A DNA stretch of 64,000 nucleotides from Octopus sinensis (taxonomy: Eukaryota). The stretch is taken from NCBI RefSeq assembly GCF_006345805.1, contig NC_043007.1, forward strand, positions 17,050,001 to 17,114,000, written 5' to 3'. The position numbers and the translations under genes were made by a program. The notes beneath the pieces were generated by a model that had not been told where the DNA came from, made no database searches, and saw only the letters and a program-made list of their open reading frames with translations. Below are positions 12,621-25,352 of this stretch, in pieces (position 1 is the first letter of the stretch; each line of letters opens with the position of its first letter).

Positions 12621-14907
12621 GTAATTCAAAAAACAAAAACAAAAGAAAAAAGATATATCATGATTTCAAGAAACAAATAATAAGTAAATAAAAGAAAAAA
12701 TACAAGCTAGTATTTTGTATTTTTAAAGGGCTTCACTGTTAATTATAAGATCTTTGATAGTGTGTGGATATATATATATATATATATATACACACCCACA
12801 CACCCACACATACATGTACTGGTGATTAACTGATTTCTTTTCTGAGCTGTTTTTTTTTTTTTTTAACTGCCCAAGTGCAAAAATTTAAATTAATTACTGC
12901 AGCTGAAACCACTGTGGAAAATTTATTTCAAAGCAACACTTCATTTAGGAGCTATGGGATATCCAGTGCTGCAGATGTGTGTGTATATGTGTATCACACA
13001 AATGTTTACTAGACTACCTATATGTCATAGGTCTGCTCTGTGAGAGCCAACCTAGTGCTACAAAACACTTCAAGGTAGTAGAATCTGAATATTTCTATGG
13101 CTGGCATATATTTCTTTTAGTGACTGTATATAAAGATCTCACTCCTCTCAAGTTAGTTTAAATTATTGGTGGAATTCAAGAATATAACTAACAGAAAGCA
13201 CTAATAAGCATAGTTTCGAAGTGTGATATAAAAGATAGTCTTCAATGATGACAGGGCTTTGAAATAGCTATCTTAGTTTCATACTCAATGTATGTACACT
13301 GTTAATTAGGCCAATTACTGTGATACTTGTTCTGAGATAACATTTCTTAGAGATGTGCTATGTTGAAAACAGGATATTGGAGATGAAAATTTGTCCCAAC
13401 CTTGACCGATGAAAGTGCCAGGTGCATTTTGGCCTTTTTAGGCCATTTCATGGTGCATACTCATAGCCAGCCATGTGTTTGGGTGGGAATTCATACCTCC
13501 GATGTAGGTAACAGTGAATAAAACATTCACTGATGTTGTGAAGAGCTGTCCAGCTGAATAAAAATCCAGTGTATGCAATTGAGGCAGTATTAAATTAAAA
13601 GAGCCCCTAGGTAACAGGTCCATTTTTCCAAAGTAACATGGGCAAATGGTTTGAGCTGATTTTCTTTCCTCACTGGCAACAACTCTTGTCGAGATGGTTT
13701 TTTTGGGTTTTTTTTACACTCAAACTGGGATGGACTTAGGTGCTTCTCTCAAAGTGAAGCACAACAGCATTAATAAGAATTGAACCCTGGTAATTCAGTA
13801 TCTTACCCCCTCATAGCCATTATTCCTGAAAAATAAGAATGCAAAACAGATACTCTCATTTGTTTTTGTATGCATGTGGTATCTGAAATAACATTTAAAG
13901 TGATCTTGTTGAAATGATAGCTCATGTTTCAATCCTAGGCTCCATAATTAATTACATTGTTGACTATTCTTACAGTTGTAAATTTATCTGAGAGAGAGAA
14001 CCTAAAATGAAGTAGAATTCCAATGACAACTTAATCCCAAGTAGAAAATTTAAGAGACAGGAAGAAGAAAAAATAGTAAAAGACAGTTTTATCTCAGCAA
14101 AGTTGTTCTGTTCCACATTATTTATGAGATTTGGCAATAAATGAGACTGGCAAGAAGAATTAGCTTGTTACCACAATTGTGAGCTGAAATTTTTCATTTG
14201 TTGTTGTTGTTGTTGTTTAGCCCTGGGCCATTTCCTGATCTTGCAAACCTGTTGTAATCAAATAATTCAAACAATGGAATGACTTGTTTATATATTTCAC
14301 TTTTTCCATGATTTGTATTTTTGCTGACACAAAACATTACTGTTATCATCAAAGTTGTTTCAATTGTGATCACCCCCACCTTTTTTTTTTTTTTTTTAAT
14401 CAGGCATAGAATATCTAGAAGTACATTATCCAATGTGTGCTTCTTTAATACCGGTTATAGGTTGTGATTTGTCAGTTTATTCCAGAACAGAGAAATAAAA
14501 CTTCCATCATTTCTTCATTCAGCTGCTCATTCAAATTTCTATTTTTTCAGTGGAATATGAAATAATTTTTAATCATACATCTAACGGTTCCTGATTTTAA
14601 GCATCAAGGTAGCAATCATGAGGGATAGAAGTTAGTTGATTACACTGACCCAGTATTTGACTGGCACTTTATTTCATTGATCTCAGAGAGATAGATGGCA
14701 AAATTGACTTTGACGGGATTTAAACTTGGAGCCAAAACATATACTGCAAGCAGACAGTTGGGTAAAGTTGTCTGGACACTGACAGTTTAGCATGGCTAAC
14801 TGAGAATTCAGCTTGTTTTGATGACAGTACTTTTTGATGCTGGGGGCACACAAACACGCATGCATGTATGCAGAAATATACAAATACTGATAGTGAGAGC
14901 AGGGGAG

Positions 14908-15695
14908 ACCTTACGATTTAATTAAGCATGACCATAGCCCGTGGCCTATGCCAGTGGGTTTAACCAACCTACTTATGAGTACCCCTCATTCATTGGACAA
15001 TAAATTTTGCTTGCAACGACTTATTGAGGCAAGTGAAATCAAAATCAGTGACGTGGCCAATGACAATACCTCCTGATTGGTGCCCGTGCCAGTGGAACGT
15101 AAAATGCATATCTGAGCATGGGGTGTAACCAACCCACTAATGAGTACCCCTCATTCATTGAACAATAAACTTTGTTTGAGAAGACCTATTGAGGCAAGTG
15201 AAATCAAATCAAAATCGCTGACATGGCCAATGACAGTACTGCCTGACTGGCACTCATGCCAGTGGAATGTTAAAAACATATCTGAGTGTGATTGTTGCCA
15301 GGGCCGTTGGATTAGCTCCCATGCTGGTGGCACGTAAAAAGCACTATTTGAGTGTGATCGTTGTCAGCGTCGCCTTACCGGCATATGTGCCGGTGGAACG
15401 TGAAAAACAACATTCGAGCATGATCATTGCCAGTGCTGCCGGACTAGCTCCTATGCAGGTAGCACATAAAAAACACCTTTTGAGTGTGATCGTTGTCAGA
15501 ACCGCCCGACTGGTCTTCATGTCGGTGGCACGTAAAAAACACCCACTACACTCTTGTAGTGGTTGGCATTAAGAAGGGCATCCAACTGTAGAAACTTTGC
15601 CAGACCAGATTGAGCCTGGTGCAGCCTTTTGGCTCACCAGTCCTCAGTCAAAGCGTCCAACCCATGCCAGCATGGAAAGCAGACATTAACTGATG
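14908..15695 (+). mobile_element. RTE-type 3' UTR fragment with an internal ~170-bp tandem duplication and GTGGCACGTAAAA repeats
   Basis: The unit TAACCAACC..ATGAGTACCCCTCATTCATTG..GAGGCAAGTGAAATCAAA occurs at about 14950 and 15125. Repeated GTGGCACGTAAAAA units follow, then the (GAT)n tail. Confidence 0.75.
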
Positions 15696-18600
15696 ATGAT
15701 AGACATAAATACTTTCCTTTCTCCTCATACACACAAAGAGAAATATGCTTACATACATATAGAGATGGGGGAGAGAATGAAGGAAACATTAAAACATATG
15801 ATGTGAAATAAGTCAACATCAAATTGGTGCCACTAAAATGACTGTGCCAAAACACTTCCTACTCTGCTGCAAAGTATAATTTTTCTGGCACCTTAATGAT
15901 TCTGCTGATCCACCACCTTTAGTAATTTCATATACCACAGATAGATATTGCCCTTGTTCTAGCAGTGACTAACTTTACCTCTGCTTGATTATAATATTAT
16001 TGATATATATACATTTTTGATATCCTTGCTATTATACATTTAATTGTAATACCTTCTACAGCACTATTGATTGCAATCTCATTCTCACTGCTGCGTTATA
16101 TAGTCTCACTGCTTTACATATTGGGTAACAAAGCATTGCCAGTCTGCACTAATCACTGTCCAAACTTTCCTTTCTATAAATCTATTCAATTTCTTTCACA
16201 TAACTTGTTCATTATCTATTTTACTACACTCGCAGTCATTTCTAAGAAAAAATAAAAATAAAACCCCCAAGAGAAGCTAGTTATTGATAAAGACTAGCAG
16301 AACTAAACTGTAAGACTTGATGACAGCCTACAGAAAGTATAATGGTATATGATATACTACACTAATAGACAATTTCCTAATGTATCCTGACAGTAGATTC
16401 ATTGTCAGAGTGTCTGCTCAGCTCTTTTATATTGACTAATTGTGGTTATAAAATTTAGTTTGTTATTGCTTGGCCCCAGGTCATCCCTGATTAAGTAGAC
16501 CTATGATCAATGTCATTACATCTGTGACCTGACCATTTTCTATTCATACATCTCATTTTTCCTGCCTTCTTCCTTTATTCATCCTGCATTTTCATATTTT
16601 CATAGATGATCAAGATTCCATCTCCCAGACACTGATGGCACTTCTTAGAAGCATCAGAGCACATAGCCATGTTGGTAACTGGAGAATCCAGACTGTTCCT
16701 ATCTACACCACATCTCTTGTGTGTTCTCACAAATGAGGAAACTCTGGAAATTGCAGGATTTCATTTGTGCTGGTGGTATGTGAAATATTCGAGTGAGGTC
16801 GTCACCAGTGTTGCTGGACTGGCTCCTGTGCAGGTGGCACGTAAAAAGCACCATTTGGGCGTGGCCATTGCCAGTACCACCAAACTGGCCCTCATGCCGG
16901 TCGCACATAAAAGCACCCACTACAGTTTCGGAGTGGTTGGCGTTAGGAAGGGCATCCAGCTGTAGAAACTCTGCCAGATCAGATTGGAGTCTGGTGCAGC
17001 CATCTGGTTCGCCAGACCTCAGTCAAATCGTCCAACCCATGCTTGAATGGAAAGTGGACGTTAAATGATGATGATATGTGATAGTGTGACCACTGCGATG
17101 ATAGGTTTACCATCTGTTTGTTTTAAGAAATTTGAGTTCTTGTTTATGGTGGAGTTGGATTCTAGTGAGAGAGAGGACTATATTGAATGACCAGCCTCAT
17201 TCTCTTGTTTCTCACTTCCTGAATGAGAGTGGCAAAGCAGATTTTGATGACTGAAACTACACCAGGGATGCAATGGGATGACCAGGATAATGTATGTATC
17301 TCACAGCAATGTCCCAGAATATTGCATTTTTGTTCATTGAAACCTGATCACTGATAGTAGTTAGATTTCCTCTGCACAGTCTGCTGGTAATACAGTCTTC
17401 ATAAGCATAGACTGACAAACTATTTACAAACATCACTAAGTTTGACTTGTTTGGCTATTTTCAAGTTGATTTAGCCAGCTTGCCAATACTACTTATTTCT
17501 TTACTACCCACAAGGGGCTAAACACAGAGGGGGACAAACAAGGACAGACAAACGGATTAAGTCGATTACATCGACCCCAGTGCGTAAGTGGTACTTAATT
17601 TATCGACCCCGAAAGGATGGAAGGCAAAGTCAACCTCGGCGGAATTTGAACTCAGAACATAACAGGAGACGAAACACGGCTATGCATTTTGCCGGCATGC
17701 TAATGTTTCTGCCAGCTCACCGCCAATACTGTTGCCTAAAAGGTAGTACACTGTTGTAGTTTGCGGAGGCACAGGAGAGAGCTGGGTATCATGACTAAGC
17801 CAGTAGCAGGTGAGATTAACTGACCTGAAGAGGACACGACGGGGGACCCTTATCAAAGGTGTTGTCTCTCTTTGACACGTCATACTTCCTATTCAGACAG
17901 TCTATCTAGGATGACATCATCCCATGTGATCTTTCTATTTTGTAACAGTGTGATACGAGAGAGATTTGGTTGATATTTCTTGGAGTTTGAGGGACCATGT
18001 CAAGGCTCTTATTGTTCTGCCCAATCACTGTTGTTGCTGTTGTCATTGCCATTATTATTGCTGTTATCATTGGTGTTGTCATTGTAGTTATCATCACTAG
18101 CTGCTGTTGTCTTTGGTGTTGGTGTTGTGATTGGATCTTTGCTAATTTATCATTGTTGTCACTATTATTATTGCAAATTTGTTAGGGTATCTAACCATCC
18201 TATTTATTGCATTGCTTTATCATTTTATGGAGCTTGTGGCTAATAAATAACCATTTTAACATTTCACCATATATACTGGCCTGGCTTAGTCACATCTGCA
18301 ATAGCTAAGTTACCAGTATTCTGTACTTTTTATTTTTATTTTCAATGTTTCCTATTTATGATTCTATGTTGACACCAGATCTTTAATCACTCATCTGAAT
18401 TACATTCCTCATTTTGCTACAGTCCTCAACAAATGTATATGATTTTCCAATGAAGTGTTTATACATAGTCATAGTAAATATAGAAGTATGAAATTGTGAT
18501 ATGGTTGTTATTAAACTACCTTATCATAGGTTATGAGTTCAAGTCCACTGCAGGTATTTTCATTATGGGTAAAACATAAACTGTTAGAGATTTTGTCTAT

Positions 18601-18726
18601 GGTAGACTGACATCCTTGCCAGGCCGTTTTATATAAAACCAGAGATAAACAGTGGCCCTTAAATTCTCCTAAGGCATGAGTTTGTTTTTAGATAATACTA
18701 CAATAACCCAGTAGTTTATATATATA

Positions 18727-19925
18727 ATCATCATCCATCTGTTTTACATGCTGGCATGAGTTAGGTGATTTGACTGGAGTTGGCCAGCAAGAGAACTGTT
18801 CCGAGCTCCAATTGTCCGTTTTGGTATGGTCTCTAACACCAATCACTTTACAGTGTGTACTGGGTGCTTTTTATGTGGCCTTGGTATGTGTGCCTATTAT
18901 ATGGCACCGGCACGGGTGCTTTACATGTGGCACTTGCACAGGTGCTTTTTGCATGGCCCCAGCACCTGCAAGTTTGCAAGATAAGGACCTTTTGGCTGAA
19001 AGGGGGAGTAGGGAGCATAGCTGTCTTGTATGTATGTATGTATGTATGGATGGATGACCATGATTTTACTAACTTGATGTCTTCTCAAGCACAGCAGATC
19101 GTCAGAAGTCTCAGTCCCTTGCTAGCTCCTCAGTGAGGCCTAACATCTGAAGATCCTTTCTCACCACTTCATCCTACATCTTCCTGGGTTTACCCTTTCT
19201 ACAGGTTCCCTCCACAATCAGAGATTGGCACTTTATGCGGCTGTCCTCATCTATATGTATCACATGAACATGCCAGCTCAGTTTTCTCTCTTGCATATTG
19301 TAACTGATGCCTCTTTTACCCAATTTTTCTCTTAAATCATTTACACTCTGTTGTACATGCTCACTGACATTACCCATCAAGCAATGCATGCTGGTTTCAT
19401 TTCTTTCAAGTGCTCATATGTGCTCTATAGTCATAGCTCTTGTTTCACTGCCATGTAGTATAGCTGTACATACACTGGCATCATACAACCTACCTTTCAC
19501 TCTGAGGAAGAGGCCCTTTGTTACCAACAAAAGTAGCAGCTCTCTGATCTTTGCCTGCCCAACCTATCCTTATTCCAGAAACTATCTTCTATTTCTAAGG
19601 ATCTCTTTGGACAGTTGAGGGAGTCTATTTTCTGCACATTCCTAGTGTGTATTTTACCTGCACATCTGCCAGACACAAAGGCTACTCTCTCTGTTAACCT
19701 TCCTGTTATACTGCTGTACCTTTTACGAGTCCATAACTTGCACTGGGTACACTGTATGGAGTTTTGACCAAAACATTTCCTACATATCAAGCAGGGCCAT
19801 CTCCCTGAAGGGATCACTGAGTTGTCTATTTTTCTACTTACTAGGACTTTGGTCTTTCTTAAATTAACTCTAAGATCCTTTGATTCCGGTCTTTGCTTTG
19901 ACATCTGACATTTTTTCTCTAGTTC
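18727..19925 (-). mobile_element. 5'-truncated RTE-type LINE (RT C-terminus with Cys-rich knuckle, 3' UTR, (GAT)n tail)
   Basis: ESKDLRVNLRKTKVLVS...GRWPCLICRKCFGQNSIQCTQCKLWT and SVNDLREKLGKRGI...ERKLSWHVHVIHIDED...VEGTCRKGKPRKM. The 3' UTR and tail match the many GATGCCCTTCCTAACGCCAACC-type tails in the window. Confidence 0.88.
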
Positions 19926-19951
19926 TAGTAGTGTGTGTGTGTGTATGTATG

Positions 19952-20004
<53 letters not shown>

Positions 20005-20986
20005 ATTGTGTACCCATCATTTATTACTATCAACACATTCTCTTGTCTTAATTTTTGTTTCCTTGATTTTGACTTCTGTTGAGATTTCTTTGGCATTTTT
20101 GTAGTCATTTCCCTTGTTAACTAAACATGACCTGTCCACTCCAGTCCACTTCATCCCTGCCCTGGGAAAAAAAATATTACACTCAAATTTGTTCAAGCTC
20201 TTGTCACTTCATAATATTTCAACCAAGCATTCAATAATATAAAACTGGTTTTCTCTCTGGAACTCCATAGATAAACATAATCTTGTCTTAGTTCTAGACT
20301 TCACTAACATTCAAAGACAATCTCAACCATATCAAATTAATCACATTCTAAGAACTCCTTGTAGATTGTGGTTTCAATTTCCTAGTCTGAATATATTAAT
20401 GAAACCGTATTCAGATCTACCTTCCAACTTACTTCAACATAAAGAGCATAAAAGTAGTATTAGAAGAAACAATATTTATTCATTAAGCTGGTTTCCATAG
20501 TTTCCCTTAGAAAATGTTCCCAGTCACTACTATTGTATTGTTTTCATCCAATGCTGACTTGTACATGTTTGTTTTTTGAAAGCTGCTTTACCCCAGGGAC
20601 GAGAACAGGACTATAAAGGTAGGATTCAGTACCCATTGTTTAAATGTATATATTTTTTTTTTGTGAAAATTTTCTTCACCAAAATAAGGAATTTGGCAGA
20701 TCAATCAGTAAGCTATCGTTCATTAGTTGTTGTTAGGTTTTTTTTTAAATGAAGTCTTCACGAACATGCTTCCTCTCTAGTAAATTTAGTAATTTACCAT
20801 CATCATCATTTTGATGTCCACTTTTCTATGCTTGCATGGGTCAGACATAGTTTGTTGAGGCAAGTTTTCTATGACTGGATGCTCTTCATGTCATTGACCC
20901 TCACCTGTTTCCAAGCAAGGTATTATTTCTCCATGGCCAGGTGTAGTTCACAGAAGACTGGCTTACAATGATTACATCATATCAAG

Positions 20987-21037
<51 letters not shown>

Positions 21038-21409
21038 TACACAATAGGCTTGTTTCAATTTCCATCTGCCAAATCCACTCACAAAGCTTTCATTGGCCAA
21101 GGGCTACAGCAGAAGACATTTGGTCCCACTGCCCATGGTACTGTGCAGTGGGACTGAACTCGAGATCACATGGTTGGGAAGCAAGCAAGCTTAATCCTGC
21201 AGCCACATCTGCACCTAATTGCATACTAATATAATATTTAATAGCTTTGTAAGTATTAGCATTTATGTTTGGTGTTAAAATATTTAATGCAAGGAATATG
21301 AAAGAGAAAAACTAACCAGAACTGAAAATGTGATCAGATATACAGATAGTTAAATGTTAACAGAGTGAATGAAAAGAGCAGGAAAAAAAAATGAACTGGG
21401 AATAAATGG

Positions 21410-21830
21410 GGGGGATGGCTGCATGGTTAAGAAGTTTGTTTCCCAACCACATGGTATCAGGTTCAGTCCCACTTGTTGGGAAAGTGTCTTCTTGTATATC
21501 CTTGAGCCAACCAAAGCCTTGTGATTGGATTTGGTTGATGGAAATTGAAAGACACTTGTTGTTTGTGTGAGTGTGTCTATAATGTCTCCTTGTATTGACA
21601 TTGTGATAACTGTAAACAGATATCACCATCAAACAATCATAAAAACCATGTCTTTGTTTCCAATCTTCCATGGGAAACATTTCCCATCGTATGGAAATAT
21701 TACCTTACTTGGAAACAAGCAAAGGTCAGTGACCGGAATATTATTTGGCCATGGAAAAATCTGCCTCAAACAATTCTAACTCATGCAAGCATGGAGAAGT
21801 GGACATTAAAACGACGATGATGATGATGAT
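21410..21830 (+). mobile_element. SINE with family A head but RTE-like 3' module (family D); other copies about 7185-7565 +, 11400-11800 -, 20800-21210 -, 23505-23850 +, 26075-26490 -, 30285-30690 -, 42160-42530 -, 45875-46560 +
   Basis: Same 5' ~150 bp as family A. After the microsatellite it continues CTTGGAAACAGGTGAGGGTTG...CATGCAAGCATGGAAAAGTGGACATTAAAA(GAT)n. Confidence 0.75.
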
Positions 21831-23075
21831 GATGGTGGTGTTCAAATTTTCACATGAGGTTATCTTTTTCGGACTAGATCAACAAAGCATAGCTTCGTCA
21901 TATTCGCTGACAAAGTATTTGTTAGCACTGGAAAATAGAATTGTTTTATGATTCAATAATTTTATAGATTCTACCCAGTTGAAAAAGGATAGTTAAATTA
22001 GTGTTATTAGACCTAATGCAAAGTGCATTAAATAACTAATTTGAAATGAATTTACAATGAGATGCGTTATTACCCAGTGACTGTTTTCATTTTACTGCGC
22101 TTTAATAAGTAAACAAATGCATTCACACGCACACATTTCTAAATGGAAACTTAGATAATTTTACTTCTATTAGTCATGCATTAACTTTATTTATTTTATT
22201 TTTTTTTTTTTATTTGGGAAGGAATGGCTTCGGTCATGAGATCACACAAATGAAGGGGAGTGTGGGAGAAGTAGTATAGAGAATGTAGAGTTTGATGGGA
22301 TATTTGGTGCAGAGTTTAGTGAGGAAAAACTAGAGTATAAGTAGCAAGAAACATTGTTGCAGATGCAACAGTTGGTTGGAGTAGAGTCGGAGTGGAGTGA
22401 TCACGTTCTGAATGTCAAAATCCATTACAGTTGCAGTAAAAGCAGAAGAATGATTCCTCACAGCAATGTACTAAGAATAGAGAAATTTAAAGACTGATGA
22501 AATATTGTACTCTGAGAAATTACTGTAATATGTATTGTGTTTTATTGTATCTGACTTGAGTGGGTGAAATTCAAATTTTTCTGAGAATTACTATATTGTG
22601 CAAAGGAAACATTGTGTAGATAATGTGATAATTTATAGAGCTAAAAGTCTAATTAATAATATAGAAGGAAATAAAGTATAATCAATATATGTGTGGGTGC
22701 ATGTGTGTGTGTGTATGTATGTGTATATATATATATATATATATATTTATGTATGTATGTACTGATTTGTGGGATCTGAGTGAGCACAATATGACATAAC
22801 ATAGTGGGAGTATGTATCTGTGTGGGGGGTGAGGATGGAGTGGTGTGTGCATGCATGTGTGTGCTTTCAACAATGAGTGGAATAAAAGAAGCTCTCGATT
22901 GAAAAACCTGTTAAGAGTTGGTTACAAGAACAACATCCAGCTGTAAAATGCTGCCTGTAATAAGTCTGTCCAACCCATGCTAGCATTAGAACACATGTGA
23001 AATGAAGGACTGCACATACACACATGCATGTGTGTGCATATACACCTACATGTGTGAGTGTGTGCAATATATATA

Positions 23076-23470
23076 GGCGCAGGAGTGGCTGTGTGGTAAG
23101 TAGCTTGCTAACCAACCACATGGTTCCGGGTTCACTGCGTGGCATCTTGGGCAAGTGTCTTCTGCTATAGCCCCGGGCCGACCAATGCCTTGTGAGTGGA
23201 TTTGGTAGACGGAAACTGAAAGAAGCCTGTCGTATATATGTATATATATATATATGTGTATGTGTGTGTGTGTCTGTCTGTGTTTGTCCCCCTAGCATTG
23301 CTTGACAACCGATGCTGGTGTGTTTACGTCCCCGTCACTTAGCGGTTTGGCAAAAGAGACCGATAGAATAAGTACTGGGCTTACAAAGAATAAGTCTCGG
23401 GGTTGATTTGCTCGACTAAAAGGCGGTGCTCCAGCATGGCCACAGTCAAATGACTGAAACAAGTAAAAGA
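23076..23470 (+). mobile_element. tRNA-derived SINE family A (head + body + internal microsatellite + 3' module ending GACTGAAACAAGTAAAAGAG)
   Basis: A-box/B-box-like head GGCTGTGTGGTAAG...GGTTCCGGGTTCA. Near-identical copy at 24958-25352; further copies at about 265-455, 1395-1735, 2815-3190, 27047-27430, 31705-32020, 51570-51970 (-) and 62735-63190. Confidence 0.88.
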
Positions 23471-24957
23471 GTATAAAGAATAAATACTTATGTGTAATAA
23501 TATGGCTATGTAGTTAAGAAGTTTGCTTCCCAACCACATGGTTTTGGGTTCAATCCCACTGCATGGCACCTTGGGCAAGTGTCTTTTACTATAGCCCTAG
23601 GCTGACCTAAGCTCTGTGAGTGGATATGGTACATGGAAACTAAAAGAAGCCTTGTGTGTGAGAGAGAGAGAGAGAAGGAGAAAATGTCGTTTATTTCCAA
23701 TATTCTGTGCAAACACACCATGGCGTAATATTACTTTGTTTGGAAACAAGTGAGAGTGGTGAATTGAAGGGTGTCTGGCCCACAGAAAATTGGTCTCCTT
23801 AAACTCTCTTTTTCCAACGCATGCAAACACGAAAAGTGTGCATTAAGACAACGATGAAAATAATAAGATATATACTGTGAAAAGATTTGAGGAAAAAAAA
23901 AAAAATTTCATGTGGTGAATTGTGAAAATTATAAAAAGGAAAATACACAGAAATTAAATTTTATGTTGGACAAATATGTATGTGTGTGTGTGTGTGTTTT
24001 ATGATACATGTATAGATATATTTTTTTTATCTCCCGCACGCACATATTTATATCTTTTATTTTCATTCTCTTTGCAAGCACTTAAGTAATTTTGAATGTC
24101 TCAACAATTTTAGAATGTCTGTAATGACAGTGGATAAAAGAAAGAAATGCAGCCATTAAGCAGAATAACGGACAAGTATTTCCTTATGGCACTGGTATCC
24201 TGCTGTTGTTTACCCATAACACAATAACACACAGCTATTGAAGTATGCTATGCCGTCTGGTAATGATAGCTACCACATACTTCAAGTTAGATCTGTAGAA
24301 TTCAGCATAAAATGATGCTTAGTATCAAACATTTGGATAACTGATTTATTGTTGTGGTATCAGAATTTTATGCTGTATGCAGAGTTGCTAATAAAACTAG
24401 TATTTTTGCTGGATTTAACACTTGTTTCCATTGCATGGAACATCATCATCATTGTTTTAATGTCCACTTATTCATGCTTGCATAGGTCAGACAGAATTCA
24501 CCGAGGGAGATTTTTTCTACAACCAGATGCCCTTCCCTTAGTCTATAAAACAGCAAAACAGCAGGGACATAGTTCCAGGCTCCCTTTTTGTTTACAAAAA
24601 TCACACATTTCAAGACTTGTCAATCAGCACAGACATGCTTCCCTGGTTGACTCTGTATTCATACAACCCTGCCTGTTTTTGATGGTGGGGGCTGTTTTGC
24701 GTACTGAACAAGAAATTACATAGGCATGTGTGCAGGCATGTGACAGGCTTCTTCAGTTTCTGCCTATCAATTTCACCATAAAGTTATTGGTCAACCTGTG
24801 GCTAGAGTATAAAATGTTAGCTGACAATGTGCACAGAGAGGGATTGAACATCTGACTACATGGTTCTGAAGCAGGCTTCTTAACCACAAAACTATGGATG
24901 CCCCTAAATCCTCACAGCTAATTTCTATTTGAAGAATATATAAATGTTATCTATATA

Positions 24958-25352
24958 GGTGCAGGAGTGTGTGGTATGTAGCTTGCTTACCAACCACATG
25001 GTTCTGGGTTCATTCCCACTGCATGGCACCTTGGGCAAGTGTCTGCTACTATAGCCTCGGGCCGACCAAAGCCTTGTGAGTGGATTTGGGAGATGGAAAC
25101 TGAAAGAAGCCCGTCGTATATATGTATATGTATGTTTGTGTGTGTATATGTTTGTGTGTCTGTGTTTGTCCCTCCAATGTCGCTTGACAACCGATGGTGG
25201 TGTGTTTACGTCCCCGTAACTTAGTGGTTCGGCATAAGAGACCGATAGAATAAGTACTAGGCTTCCAAAGAATAAGTCCGGGGGTCGAGTTGCTCAACTA
25301 AAGGCTGTGCTCCAGCATGGCCACAGTCAAATGACTGAAACAAGTAAAAGAG
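24958..25352 (+). mobile_element. SINE family A copy
   Basis: High identity to 23076-23470 by eye. Confidence 0.88.

Noticed and set aside
13497-13553. Minus-strand 57-nt exon-like segment (GQLFTTSVNVLFTVTYIG)
   Set aside because: The splice signals are good, but it is isolated, and no consistent minus-strand exon chain or recognisable domain could be assembled.
15250-15540. Repeat-spacer-like units as a CRISPR array
   Set aside because: The units are degenerate tandem repeats inside a eukaryotic LINE 3' UTR, with no constant repeat/unique spacer pattern and no cas genes.
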